A stretch of 52,774 nucleotides of DNA, filler included, from Dirinaria sp. TL-2023a (Eukaryota), in the NCBI GenBank assembly GCA_051941275.1. It is 2 parts of 2 records of this genome, joined end to end, with 100 filler letters (N's around TTAATTAATTAA, not from the genome) between each part and the next. Parts side by side here need not be neighbours in the genome. Positions count along the whole stretch, not along the records: positions 1 to 26,390 come from JAVEBF010000163.1; 1 more part is not named here. One strand, 5' to 3'. Made by a program: the position numbers and the translations under genes. Below the pieces are notes generated by a model that saw nothing but the letters and a program-made list of their open reading frames with translations, had not been told where the DNA came from and did not search any database. Within the stretch, counting starts at the first letter, position 1. Every line of letters begins with the position of its first letter. Positions 1-12,695 of this stretch are shown one piece after another.

Positions 1-1407
1 GACAGCGGTTGGTGCTGAGGGAGAGGGTGTGTATAACACCAACGACTGAATCGGAGAGAAGTCGATCGAAGCCGAATGCTCCATCTCCAAGCCCTGCACC
101 GACGACTCCTGCATTGAAGAGTCCGCACTCTTCCTCTCCTCAGCCTTATCAGACCGCTTTCCCGCATCCCGCTCCTCCAAGCTCCGACAAAGCAGCTCAA
201 GGATCTCATTCCTCTCCCTCAAAACCTCCGTCTCACTAACCGCCAGCACTTTCCCCTCCAACATCCTCTCCCGCCCTTCCTTTAAACCTTCAATCTCCCT
301 CTGCAGGTTCTCCTGCTCGGCGTACATATCATGCACAACATCCCAGGCATACCTCTCGCGCTCCGAACGCGAGGATCCATTCAAGGTAGTCAATACCTCG
401 AGCTGGGCTTTCAGATCCGCGTTCTTGGCGCGCAGGGTCTGATGCTGCTGGAAGATTTTCTTGTGGCCCTCGTAGTAGAATTGGGCCGTGTTGCGTAAAG
501 AAGCGTTGTTTCGCTTGTACCGCTCTAGTCTCGTTTCTAGGGATTTGGTCTGGGCTTCGGGGTTGGCGGTTGAGGTCTGTGATCCTGGTTTATGTGGGAG
601 TTGGAACGCGGCGGTCTTTTTTTCTGTGAGGTCTTGGGCGTGCTGCTGCGCGGAGAGGAGGGCGGTGTTTCTCTCCGCGAGCGATTGGGAATGCTGGGCT
701 TTCAGGGCAGCGATTGTGGCTTCGTGTTCGAGCTCGCGCTTCTTCCGCAGCTGGATGCATTCCTTGAGCTCTATGCTTAGAGACTCGATTATCGAGTCTT
801 TCTTGTCGGCGGGCGGCTTATCCCTTTTATTCACTGACGTCGCTTGTGATGGGCCTTCGTGGCTCCCGTTTTTGTCTACATTAATATGTTAGCTTGGAAG
901 TGAGTGGTGCTGAGGAGCTTCAGCCGACCTCTGTAATTAACACCAGGCGAAGGCGACTTGGTGATGAATGTGGAGTCTCCACAGCGACAGACAGTGGTCG
1001 GGGTTGCATGTTTTCGCATCGGTGGTTGCTGCGCTGGTCCACCGGTAATTACGTCCACAGGCTGAGCTTCATTTTCAGCAGCCTAACATCATTAGTATGG
1101 ACATCCATATCACTGAGATTCTAATGATGTCAAAGCTCACCATGCCCCTGGAAGCCTTCTTCGACTTCTTAAAAACCCGCTTCATCTTCGACAACAGACC
1201 GCGGCGTGGTTTTGATGTCGACGACGACGACGACAACGATGATGATGGGGATCCGGTCCCATCAGAGGCGCCAGCATCAGAGATGGCTGCCGTACTCGGA
1301 GTGGCGGGTGGCACAGGATTATTGTGCAGTGCTTTGGCGGCGTATTTGTAGCCTGTGCCGGCTAGCCGCGAGGTTAGGGTCAGTACTTTGATGGAGACAC
1401 TGGCCAT
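1..1407 (-). CDS. Hypothetical coiled-coil protein, 3 exons (1407-1141, 1082-929, 875-<1), 3' end beyond window
   Basis: ATG at 1407. Introns 1140-1083 (GTGAGC..CTAAT..TAG) and 928-876 (GTCGGC..GCTAAC..TAG) join in frame. Exon 3 stays open to the window edge and is E/K/R/L/Q-rich (IESLSIELKECIQLRKKRELEHEATIAALKAQH; EQENLQREIEGLKEGRERMLE). The ORF track misses exon 3 because it has no stop in the window. Confidence 0.7.
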
Positions 1408-1698
1408 CGTGAGTAGACTCGGTATGAGAGGCTATAATTGATAATGAAAATGCTACTGGCCAACAGATGGTGATCTGGCTTGGACAGCGGAAGGAAGTTC
1501 AAGTGCTTCGAGAAGTACTGATGATTGAAAGGTTTTGGAGCAGAGGTGGGGCTGGAAGGGTATAGAAGCCTAGAGAGGGAGTGTAGAGAGGTGTGTGTTT
1601 TGTCTTGCAGTGATGGTATGCCGAGTGATGGAGGCTGCTGTGTAAAGCAACAAAGTGTAAAGATCGTACTGTGATCGGTGTTATATAGTTTAGAGCAT

Positions 1699-1790
1699 TA
1701 TAGTTTTTGTGTCTTAGCTTTCAAGAAAGAGCATTGAGAGAAGAGATAGTTTTGGGTCTTAGCTTTCGGGAAAGAGCATTGAAAGAAGAG
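1699..1790. repeat. Imperfect ~46-bp tandem duplication
   Basis: atagtttt..gtcttagctttc(aa/gg)gaaagagcattga(g/a)agaagaga occurs twice head to tail. Confidence 0.8.
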
Positions 1791-1935
1791 AGACCATGCG
1801 AGCGAATAAATAGTAGGATAAAGGTGTTGAACTCTTGTGTGAGACAAGTAGACAAAAAAACTTAGCTAATGTGTTTTACTTTGATCAAGACACCACAGAT
1901 CTTTATCCCTTGAGTGAGAAACGTAACAGACAACA

Positions 1936-3913
1936 TCAGATAGTGTACCGAAATTGGGGATGCCTGTATCCTAGTAGACCTTCATCGCCTTCTGCAAGGC
2001 GATAGTCTCGCTCGCCCCTGGCCCGCTTCCTATTTTCCCATTTGGCATACAGTATCATGGATGTGGATAAGACCAGGGACATGATCAGAAACCCAACGTT
2101 GATCCAGTGACCAGTGATATATTTCGGTCTAGAAAATGAGTGTGAGCTGGTGTTAAAGTCGTGCATCTCTGGTACTTACGCATCCTTCTTAAGGTACGTG
2201 AATGTGGCGATGAACGCTGCGCAGTTGGCGATAGCAATCTGAAATCCTGTCCCTGTTGCTCTTGTATAATGCGGGGCTAAGTTATTAGCCAGCCTAATTT
2301 TGTCGGTCAATCGACATTACAACTTGAACCAGTCTGCCTACCATCCCATAACGGCTGGTGCGCTTGGAAATACACCTTTATGGATGTCAGCAAGGATCGC
2401 GTTGTCAGCTAATGTTTTCTGAACCTACCAGCGGCCACAAAGAAAGTTCCACCGTAATGAACTGATGGTCTTGCGGGAACCAAAAGCAGTATATAGCCTA
2501 TAATAGCGAGTAAGCAGCCACAGATCATTATCGGACCTCGGGCCTTGAGTTTGTCGGAGACGAATCCTGCAATGAACACCGTGAAAAAGGCAGCCATGTT
2601 TGGTGGAACTGTGAGCAACTGGGCTTGAACGCTATCGTAGCCAAGACTGGATATGATAGAGGGAAGAAAAAGAGAGAACGAATATATCCTATCGAAATTT
2701 AGTGACCAGAGTACATATGCAAGAGGAATGCGTACGGTGTGATGATAGCAAAGAAGTTGAGGCTCAATGCGATAGTATTGATGTTCAGCAAGGCCCGTCG
2801 TACCTGAGATCATAGTGAGGGCTGAGGAAATTGCGCAAGATTTGGTTAGAAGTTCTTCATACCCAAAACCAAGAAAAGGTCTCTCCTTCAACCCTCGACG
2901 CTGCAGTAGCACCGTGAGAGTCAAGTTTCATACGATGAGCAGCAGCTAGCTGTTCTTCTGGGCTGAGAAAGTTCGCGTGGCTCGGTGTATGAGGAAGGAA
3001 GAAAATAGTGGTCATGCCGAAAAGGATAGTGATGATCTGCAGTGCTTGGCTTGAGCATGTCCAGCTCAGACGTGGGACGTAACTCACGCCTTCAATGATA
3101 AAAATCCATGGCCAGTCTGAACCGGTGAGCGCGACAACTACATGATGAGTCGCGATGACGCTTACGGTTCAAACCATGATACCTGATTTCTGCGAGTCCC
3201 GTGGCAAGGAGCCCACCGAAAGCACCACTGAGTGGTGCTGCACAGTAGAACATGCCGACGCGGAAAAGCAATTCCTTTCGCCGATAGAACCTGCTCTGTC
3301 AGTCAATGCGCACATCTTCAAGGTTTGTATTTCATACATTGACAAATACAGAATCATTCCCCCCAGCAATCCTCCCTCGGAGAGGCCAAGGAAGAAGCGT
3401 ACTGCCAGAAGGCCGCTGATTTTATCCTTAGTGACTCAGTCCATGAGATCAGCAGAAGACACAGTACCCGTAGCTCTTGACAAAGCCAATGCACATGCCA
3501 CACAAACCCCAGGCAATCATAAGGCCAGGCAAGTAGAAACCGGCGCCGACAGCCTGCTCAGGTCAGGTTCAGTCCTTTGGATAATCTGGGCGAGCCACAG
3601 CGTCTACCTTGATGAACCAATTGCTAGGAACATCGATCAGGATATAGGGGACATAGAAGATGGCGAGGGCGACGTTGAAGTCGTTGCCTGCGCCGTCCAT
3701 GTGCAAATCTTTGGTCAGTCCATCGATGCGAGCATTTCCAATATTGCTTCGATCGATGAAAGCCAACAGCCACAGTCCAAAGAGCCATGGTACGATGTGG
3801 AGGTCGAGTTTCCGGGTGAGACGGCGTTCAAGGGCTGGGTCGAGGTCTGCCAGTTCCCCTTCTTCGCTTTCGTACTTTTCAACCTGGGGGCTTTGGATCT
3901 CTTTCACGTCCAT
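1936..3913 (-). CDS. MFS transporter, anion:cation symporter (Dal5/Tna1) family, multi-intron
   Basis: Spliced motifs typical of the family: ERRLTRKLDLHIVPWLFGLWLLAFIDRSNIGNARIDG, FYVPYILIDVPSN, RFFLGLSEGG, FYCAAPLSGAFGGLLA, WPWIFIIEG, YSFSLFLPSII, AQLLTVPP, C-terminal ENRKR..HPQFRYTI*. About 9-10 short introns. Confidence 0.93.
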
Positions 3914-5121
3914 GGCTCAAGATAGCCTTAATAGATTGGATAGGAATTCAAGGGTAAAGAGAGCACTCAGCCTCAGCAATTGGGGAAGTAGCGTGAATTA
4001 CATAAAGAGAAGAATACTTCCAGGCTGACTTCTAGGTTGAGTGCCAGCAAAGCTCGGCCGAAAGAGCTGGTACGAGGACGAGGTACGAAGCTCTGCCCTG
4101 TTCGGCCCATTGGCCGCTTCCCATTCCATTGGGTTTCATGCAGACCGGGGGCGCGACAAACTGTTACTGGTTGGGGCTCACTGCATTATTGTGGTACAAA
4201 AACCCTGCTCGGGAAGCTCGAAAGAGCAACGATTCCATCAAGTGCCGCCTACCTGACTTTCCCTTAATCATCATGCCTGCTCGCGGACCGGGACCGTGAC
4301 CTCCCTGTCAGCGTCTCCTTATTTCCTTTCGCCAAGTCTGCCTTATCCCTTATCATGCCGCCCACCCGCTACAACTATATATGTCTACCTTACCTTACGA
4401 CTGCCCCAAAATACCAACGAGAAGGTACGTATCCCCGCCGACCGTCGCACAAATCACCTGGAAAGGGCCAGATCCGCACGGTTCTTCACCATGCTGGGCA
4501 TGCTCAAGCAATCCGAGGCGCTTGAGTACAGTAAGGTAGTAAGAGGATGGAAAAGAGATTGATCACGTGGCATAAGCACATAGAAAGGGTGGATCACACG
4601 GCACGCATACACAGAAGAGGGGAATAGCATCCTAAGCACATGGCGTGGAAGCGACTGTACGAGTACACATATTGGGATCAGACGCTTGAGAGTCGAGACG
4701 CTGAATCGGCGCGGATCAACCCCTGTCCGGCTTATGGAGGTAAGGAACCTGCACGATCCTTTGGATAGGACACGAAATGTTCTTAAGGATGCTAGCCCAA
4801 TGTCACTCATTATTCAATAACAGCCAGCCATTTATGGATAATGTTGCATCGCAAACCAAAGATTCGGAGATCTGATTCGACGGGTTGCATTCAAAAGAAA
4901 TTGCACGTCTCACAATGCAAGTTGGTAAGGTAAGCTCAGTTGTGGCACGTATCAAAACCCTCGGATACCAGCTATGCGCCATCAGCCATGATATGTATGG
5001 TAGAGACACCCTGCAACAAACAGCTCCCATTCCACTTTCGCACAAGTCGAGACGCCCAGCCAACCTTGCCAATGCACAGAAACAAGGCAATTACCTGAAC
5101 CGACATCGTCACCCCTGCGTA

Positions 5122-5944
5122 TCACGGTTCCCCAAATAGCCGCGCTGTTATATCACCCGCGTAAGCCTCCTCCAACTCGTAATCCTCTCCGTCGTTCCGG
5201 TCGATGCCGACGTATTCAAATGCTGCCACCACTCGCTCGAGGTCAAACCCCATCACGACGAAGCGGTTGATGAGGTCCTCGTTGTAGCCCCCGTATTGTG
5301 CGACCCTCTCCGCTTCTTCTTCCTCCTTGTTTCGTTTCTCGCGCTGTTTCTGGCTCTCTCCACTCCGACCTCCTCCACTCCCCTCTCCTCTGCTCTTCTT
5401 TGGCGCCCCCGCGTGCTTCACGGCCCATTCTTCGGCAACACGCGCAAACTCCTCCGGGTTTTGGATCAGCATGCTGGCTACTTCCGCATCCTGGGGATCT
5501 TTAGCTTCCGGCGTCGAAAGTAGGGACTGTAACGAAAGGAGCGCAGATTTGATGGTGAGGACGGGAGACCAAGCGCCAGAGAGTGTGTCGAGACAAATAG
5601 CTCCCTGAATAAAGAATGCCATTAGCTCTTATCGGAGGGGGATCTGCACAGATCCATTAGAGGAAGTAGAACGCGCCTACCGTTTGACTCGAGACATTGG
5701 GATGCCACACTTTCGTGTCGAACTTCATGATTGGCGGCCGAAAAGGGTATTCGCTGGGTATCCGGATATCGATGGAATATGTGCCGCCCTCGTATGGTGT
5801 ACCGGGAGGGCCTTTGAAGGAGCCTTTGAGGTGGAATAGGTCAGAGCCATCGCCGACTGGGTTGGCGGAGATGTTCGAGAGGGTGTCGGAGCGGATGTCG
5901 GCAATCTCTTTAGCTACACGGCGAGTGCGATTAGATGATGCCAT
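5122..5944 (-). CDS. UBC1: Ubiquitin-conjugating enzyme E2 Ubc1 (E2-25K) with C-terminal UBA domain; intron 5680-5605
   Basis: GPPGTPYEGG, YPFRPPIMKFDTKVWHPNVSSQT|GAICLDTL (catalytic Cys), WSPVLTIKSALLSLQSLL, DPQDAEVA, and a UBA-like INRFVVMGFDLERVVAAF. Confidence 0.96.
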
Positions 5945-6740
5945 AGCCGATCGATACGCCTGAGGGTGAAGGATGGCTGAGACGTCGTTATATTAGATTG
6001 CCCCGAGCAAAACGATGTAGGAGATATGATATGATGTTGGGGGGAGGAGATTGTGATTGGATAACCCTAAGGACTTGGGAGGATATGATGATAGAAAGAC
6101 AATGGCTTTATTAGAAGCGGAAAGATGAAGTAGAACGCTCTTTTAAAGTGGAGAGATGGGGCCGCGGAGAGGAGGCCGAAAGGGGAGAGCTGCAGTAGGT
6201 TCAAAGCTTCAGGAGGCAACAACGGTAGCCTTGTTCTTGCGGGGGGAGCTAGGATGGAGATAGAAGTCGATCTGAGGATCGGGTTCGTCTTTCCAGAAGA
6301 CAGCAGTGGGCAACGAGAATAGCCGGAGAGGCGAGGCAGACAGTGACGCTGGTATGACAGAAGTGGAAGAAATCCCGAGGTCGAGCAGTATCTTTAGTAA
6401 CAGTTACTTAGTCTACAGAATAGGTTAAGGTAGTTAGGTTTGCATGCATTACTGTGCTCGAGGGATTGTACCGAATTGGCAGCGAGTGACGTGGTTGGGC
6501 GGTGATTCGGTGAATCTCTGGCCCGAACTTGTCTGATTAGTCAGCGTCCAATGATCCTCGTCGCTATTACTTTTCGCGTCAGGAAGCTCTTGTGCTCGTC
6601 AGCTCAGAGCACCATCGATCATCGACCACGTCGCCCACACCATCCTTCTACCTCACCCTCAAGGACACAGCACATCCCCTTTACGTCTTGGTGTTTGCTT
6701 TGGCAGACTCGACCCGCTTTCTGCTGTTTGCTTCGAAGGC

Positions 6741-8321
6741 ATGGTGAGCTTGTCTATTCGCCGTGGACTACTATAGCACTGCTGATATAGACGTAGGGTC
6801 AAAATGCATCAAATTTAGGCGGAGGTCCGCCAGGTGGTGATGGGAAGGACGACAAGGATAAGAAGGTAAGTCGACGTGACAACCAGGCCACTTAATGTGA
6901 CCGCTACCGCCATCGCTCCACCATAGCTGACACAATCCTGCCGCAGAAGGAAAAGCCCAAGTACGAACCGCCACCACAACCCACCACGCGTATAGGACGT
7001 AAGAAGCGCAAAGCAGCTGGTCCGAACGCCTCTTCCAAACTCCCGGCCATTTACCCCACGTCACGATGTAAACTTAAGTACCTACGGATGCAGCGGGTCC
7101 ATGACCACTTACTACTTGAGGAAGAATTTGTGGAAAATCAGGAGCGGATACGCAAGGCGAAGGCCGCTAGCACGGCTACACCTGCAAGCGCTGGCGGGGA
7201 CTCAGATGCGTTGGATAGAAATGCAGATGAACGGAGTCGGGTCGACGATATGAGGGGAAGCCCAATGGGGGTGGGCAACCTGGAAGAGATGATCGATGAC
7301 GACCATGCCATCGTTTCCAGCGCTACAGGGCCAGAGTACTACGTCTCGATAATGTCGTTCGTTGACAAGGATCTTCTGGAGCCGGGAGCCAGCATTCTCC
7401 TGCACCACAAATCTGTCTCGGTCGTGGGAGTATTAACCGACGACGCGGATCCTTTAGTCTCGGTCATGAAGCTTGATAAAGCGCCTACCGAATCATACGC
7501 AGATATTGGTGGTTTGGAAACACAAATACAAGAAGTCCGCGAGGCTGTCGAGCTACCTTTATTGCACCCCGAACTGTATGAAGAGATGGGCATCAAACCG
7601 CCAAAAGGTGTCATACTCTACGGTGGGCCTGGTACTGGGAAGACTTTGCTCGCCAAAGCGGTCGCGAATCAAACCAGCGCCACATTCCTCCGAATCGTTG
7701 GTAGCGAGCTTATTCAGAAGTATCTTGGTGATGGGCCCCGCCTAGTCCGTCAAATCTTCCAGGTTGCGGCTGAACATGCGCCGTCGATAGTCTTCATCGA
7801 TGAGATTGATGCTATTGGTACTAAGAGATACGAGTCTACGTCTGGTGGGGAACGCGAAGTCCAACGTACTATGTTGGAGCTGCTCAATCAGCTGGACGGC
7901 TTTGATGACCGAGGTGACGTCAAAGTCATTCTAGCTACTAACAAAATTGATACGCTCGACCCGGCTCTGATACGTCCAGGACGAATTGACAGAAAGATTT
8001 TGTTTGAAAACCCTGACCGTAAGTTCCCCATCCAACGAACGCTTTAGGAGCTCTACTAAAGCAACCCCAGAAAATACGAAACGCAAAATCTTCAACCTCC
8101 ATACCTCCAAAATGTCGTTGGGCGACGATGTCGAGCTTGACGAGTTCATCAACCAGAAGGACGATCTGTCTGGGGCAGATATCAAGGCCATATGTTCCGA
8201 AGCAGGCTTAATGGCACTGAGGGAACGAAGGATGAGGGTGCAGATGGCTGACTTCAGGTCTGCGAGGGAGAGAGTGATGAAGACCAAGAGCGAGGGAGAA
8301 CCGGAGGGTTTGTACTTATAG
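6741..8321 (+). CDS. RPT2: 26S proteasome AAA-ATPase subunit Rpt2 (regulatory subunit 4); exons 6741-6743, 6797-6865, 6947-8018, 8071-8321
   Basis: [29 protein letters not shown]-terminus, Walker [26 protein letters not shown], Walker [24 protein letters not shown]-terminal HbYX PEGLYL*. Canonical introns keep the frame. Confidence 0.97.
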
Positions 8322-9689
8322 ACCAAGGCAGTTTGAGGTTCCTTCTTTCCTCCGCCTGCTGATCTATCGGACTCCAGGCTGTAGATTAATTCTTTGGATG
8401 TTGAGGCTGGCGCTGCAAAGCGCCGGCTTCACCCAATTTTACTGCCACGGCATTGACAGAACCGACTGAATGAACCCTGCTTTGGCTAATGATTATCAGA
8501 AGTGTTCGAGAGCATGAGCTAATTTCAATGACACCCCCACCACCTTTCCACTACCTTATTGTAGCATGTATCCGGGCAGCAACTGATTCCCCCACAAGTT
8601 TTGCAACGCATAGGGGAAGCACCTACCTCCCAGGATCATCAGTAGAGTCCTGGTCCCAAGAAAAGCCAAGGCTCTTCACACTTACAGGGAAACAAGACTC
8701 AGAATCACAAGCCACGACACTCTATCCTCAACATGTAACCACAGTCAGGCGACAGTACCCAACCAATAGCTAAGCTTCAAGAGCCAGGGGAAAGTCAAGG
8801 GAGGGAAAAAAAAGACTAATCGGCGCCCGCATCCTACTTTCCAACCCTCAAGAAGCAAAATGTGAAGCGAAGTGTTGCGAGTAGAGCAAGTGGCAAAAAT
8901 CTGTAGCTGTACCCACCTATATATTGCACTAAAATCCTTGACTTGATTTCGGATAAGCAGATACATTTATACTGTATAACCTGTCATATTTCCTTTATCA
9001 TGTCTATGCTGCCTTCGCTGATCATGGCCACTAGCATCAGATTAGCTCGTTCAAGGGTGGCGAGCACCACAGCAGCCTCTGCTTCTGGAATTTCTACGAC
9101 GCTTTGATTACCCATGGGTCCATCACAAGTCCAGACAGTGGTAGTGAGCCCAACACACCTGCTATTGTTACTGTCTGGGGATCAACACCTCTATCCCGAT
9201 ACAAACACTGATGTCCACAAGACAACCCGATTGTATCTCACATGTGCTGGTGATGTTCCAGTGTTGGAGAACACAGACATCACTATGTCTTGACCTCACG
9301 CCACTTAAATTATATACAACACCTCTGGAGCCCATCACCTCCAACATTATGTTCTGTCACAGCGAGTGGCAAAGCAGCACTATTCAGGAAGATGTTGCTG
9401 TTCCAGTGTCATTACGGATTTCTATCACTACATGTGATGGAGGTCTGGCATCAAACACTCGCTCTTCCTCAACCTATTTAAACCTTCTCTGACTGCACTC
9501 TCCATCTTTCTTTCTTCATCGGTCTACAGTCATTCAAACCATCCTGCAAGCAATCAATCTACCAAGCAAGACTCATACCTTGATTGTCATCACCTCCTGA
9601 TTGCTTACCTCAAGTCAACCACGACTGTGACGCAAACACACCTGACTAATATCAGCTACCTCATTCTCTACCAAAGCTGATCAATCAAT

Positions 9690-11934
9690 ATGGGCTTCAT
9701 GCGACTCTGGGGTCTATCCAAGTCTGCTAGGAAGCAACATGCAATAGAGACAAGCAGCAAGCCTATCCATACCGTTAGTACCCCTTTCTTCCACGACTCT
9801 AACCACCCATACTCATCTTTCGCAGACTCAGGCACCCCAAAATATCAAGGAGCCCCTCAACGCGTCTGGGTCTAAGCCTAGGAGTCCCTTCTTCCAACAG
9901 ATGAAGGCGAACCCAGCGGCCCCTACAGTCAGTGCCGAAGGAGCCGTTGCGATTCAGAGAGCATCTAGTCAACAGACACTGCACTCAACTATAGAATGGC
10001 TTTCAGTTATCAGCAAGGATGCCGGCCGTTCCAGCTCTGTTCGAGGGTCATGCCCAATCACTCCGTCGCCGGCTAGCTCATCATCCTCTAGGAGCAATAC
10101 GCCGGAGTCAGAGACGACTTCCACAGACAAAAATACGGAGCTATCACCACGTGTACATAGGCTTCGGTCTGTGCGGTCTGCCTATGCTCTAAGATTATCG
10201 ATGGATGGGCAAGATGATTGTGATTTATCGCGGTTTACAGCTTTGACGACAAGGTCTCGACGCTCTTCCGTACACAATGCCGCTTCTCCAGACAAAATGA
10301 ATAGACACGAGGTGGACCTTGACTTAGCCCTGACCAAATTTCAGCTTCGTTCAGCGACACTCGGTAATCTCAACGGCGTACCATCGCCGCTGCATACAAC
10401 TTCTCTTTCTTCGTCGTCCAATGGCAATTGGGGGCTTGACCGACATGATAGCGGGATTGATCTTGCCGATGCTTCAGAGGCCCAGAGATGGAAACGTGCG
10501 TACCATGTCCAGCGAGAGGCCCATGATATGGTCTTGCAGCGTCTTGCCAAACAACATGAGACAGACCTCGACTTGCTCAAGGAAAATAATACGCAGCATC
10601 TGCGGGGAATGTCTTTCATGATGCGAACCTCTGCAGAGTCGAATCGAGCAGTCGCTAACGGCCGCATCGAAGAGCTGAACAAGGCTCATGAAGAGGAAAT
10701 CGCCGATCTCAAGAAAGAGCATGAGTCCGAAATAGCAGGCAAAGATCAGCTGCTTACTGACATTCTATCGAGGTTCCAAGGTCTAAATGCTAAGCACGAG
10801 GAGCTTATGAAGAATTCTTCCGATGAGCGACTCGAAGATGAATATAAAGCCCTCAAAGTTGAGCTTCAAAACACTCGGCATCGAAACGACATCTATGCAC
10901 GTGAAGTCGCGGAGCTGCAGGGTGCATGGCAACGGAAAATCGACGGAAACTGGGAGCGCGCCAATGTTGAAGAAAGGCTGCGGACCGCCGAGGCGAAGGC
11001 CGCGGATTTTAAAAACTTGTGGGAGAAAGAATGCTCTAAGAATTGGCAGCTGCGATGTGAACAGGAAACGCTGCCTGGAACTCGACATGCAGATATGGAG
11101 CAACAGATCGAGTATCTCAAGGAGGAGCTTATGAAGTCCGAAATGGAAAACAACAAGCATCTTGCCGCCTTCAACCAACGCGAAGAGGAACATACGAAGC
11201 TGAAGTATATCCATGCCGCAGAGGTTGCCGCAGTCTGCGGTCAAACGAAGCTATACAAAAGCAATTTGTTGGCTTCCAGGAAAGAGACACATAACTTGAG
11301 GACAAAGACAATTACGCTCCTCGAGGACCTCAGCAACACCCTCAATAGCGATGAAGTCAGTGAGGCTCTGAATCGGTACTGTGATATCGTTTCAAACGAC
11401 GAGACACTCGAGTCGTCGTTGGAAGAGTATGCAAAACTACTCGATGAGGCTTACAAAAGTACTAGCTCCCTGGAGATGAAAAATTCGGCTCTGCAACGTG
11501 AGCTCAGCAGTCGGAGACTCGAACTGGATAAGATGGAGCTCCAGCGAAACCAGTACATGATCAAGGTCCAGGATCTGGAATTCAGAGAGGACAACGCTGC
11601 GGAGTTCCATGAAAAGGACCTCGAAGCGAAAGATGCCCAGATCCAAGAATTCCGATCGCAAATGAGCATCATAGAGGACAAATTACGGTCTGGCCTTGAC
11701 GCTTTCTCCAGACATCTGTTCGAGAGAAAAGACGATGCACTCGAGAGAGCCCACCAGCGGATACAGAGCCTGGAACATGACCTGAACGTTAGAGGGTTCT
11801 TCTACGGACTGGACGAATGCGAGAGAGACCAGTATATCTCTGAGTTGGAGTCATTACCTGATCAGTTGCACGAGGCTCAGATGCAGATCAAGCGTCTGAG
11901 AGAAATGCTTGGGCTGGAAGGCGAGAGTGGTTGA
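9690..11934 (+). CDS. Hypothetical protein (~730 aa): Ser-rich disordered N-terminus plus long coiled coil; exons 9690-9773, 9826-11934
   Basis: 677-codon ORF extended in frame through intron 9774-9825 (GTTAGT..CTAAC..CAG) to ATG 9690. Heptad-like E/K/L/Q-rich C-terminal two-thirds; no recognisable catalytic motif. Confidence 0.8.
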
Positions 11935-12109
11935 ACGCTGGAGATATCAACGATCCGTAAAACGAAATGGTTCCTCTCGCTCGGTTAGGCAAGGCTCTTT
12001 GGCGACGGATCAATTTGATCGAGCACTGGTGCCGCAAAGGTGGTCAATTGACGATGAAGAACGGTCTTCCCTACTCGAGCAGTCATTGCAGCTCTTTCTC
12101 AACAGCATA

Positions 12110-12249
12110 GAGCCCCGGGATCGGATCATCGTGGACGAGTACACGTACGGAGTAAATTTAGATTCAGAGCGATATTAGTGGAGCCCCGAGATCGGATCAT
12201 GGTGGACCAGTACACATACGGAGTAAATGTGGACTCAGAGCGATATTAG
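12110..12249 (+). repeat. 71-bp-period tandem duplication (2 copies)
   Basis: gagccccgggatcggatcatcgtggacgagtacacgtacggagtaaatttagattcagagcgatattag (12110-12178) is repeated from 12181 with a few substitutions. Confidence 0.92.
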
Positions 12250-12695
12250 AAGATGATGGAAGTTGGGAACAGGAAGCCTTAAATAGCTTGTCAATGGTCG
12301 GTAGTTTTCAGTTGGTAGCGGCTTCTTGCCTGGTTGTATAGAGAATTAAGTATTACTTTGTAATTATGAGTCGGATAATGTTCAAAATCCTAGTCTGAGA
12401 TGATTTTTTTACAATAGTTGAAGATAAGATAGCCTCAATATGGGTTGACTTGATGGCTTGATAGTCCTCTTTAGGGCACATCTAGGGTCTGAAACTTGGT
12501 TTTCCTTGTCACGCTTTTTGACCTCCTCTAAACCTTATACACTCGACTCGAGCTTTCGTTGTTAGATAAAGATGTGGAAAAGATTTCCTATCTCAGTATC
12601 CTGTGTTTTGAACCAAGCTGTGAGCTTTGAAACCCTGTCTTCTTGACAGCTGAAAGTCACAATGCTCGTTCTCTTCCTACATTCCAGATATCACA

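Noticed and set aside
3155..3925. 256-aa + strand ORF, and similar antisense ORFs over RPN1, cprA and TAO3
   Set aside because: Antisense shadows of well-supported genes, with no motifs of their own.
5945..6740. Rpn4/PACE element in the UBC1-RPT2 promoter
   Set aside because: No GGTGGCAAA seen. A single GGAGCT hexamer (6245-6250) is chance level and was not seen upstream of RPN1.
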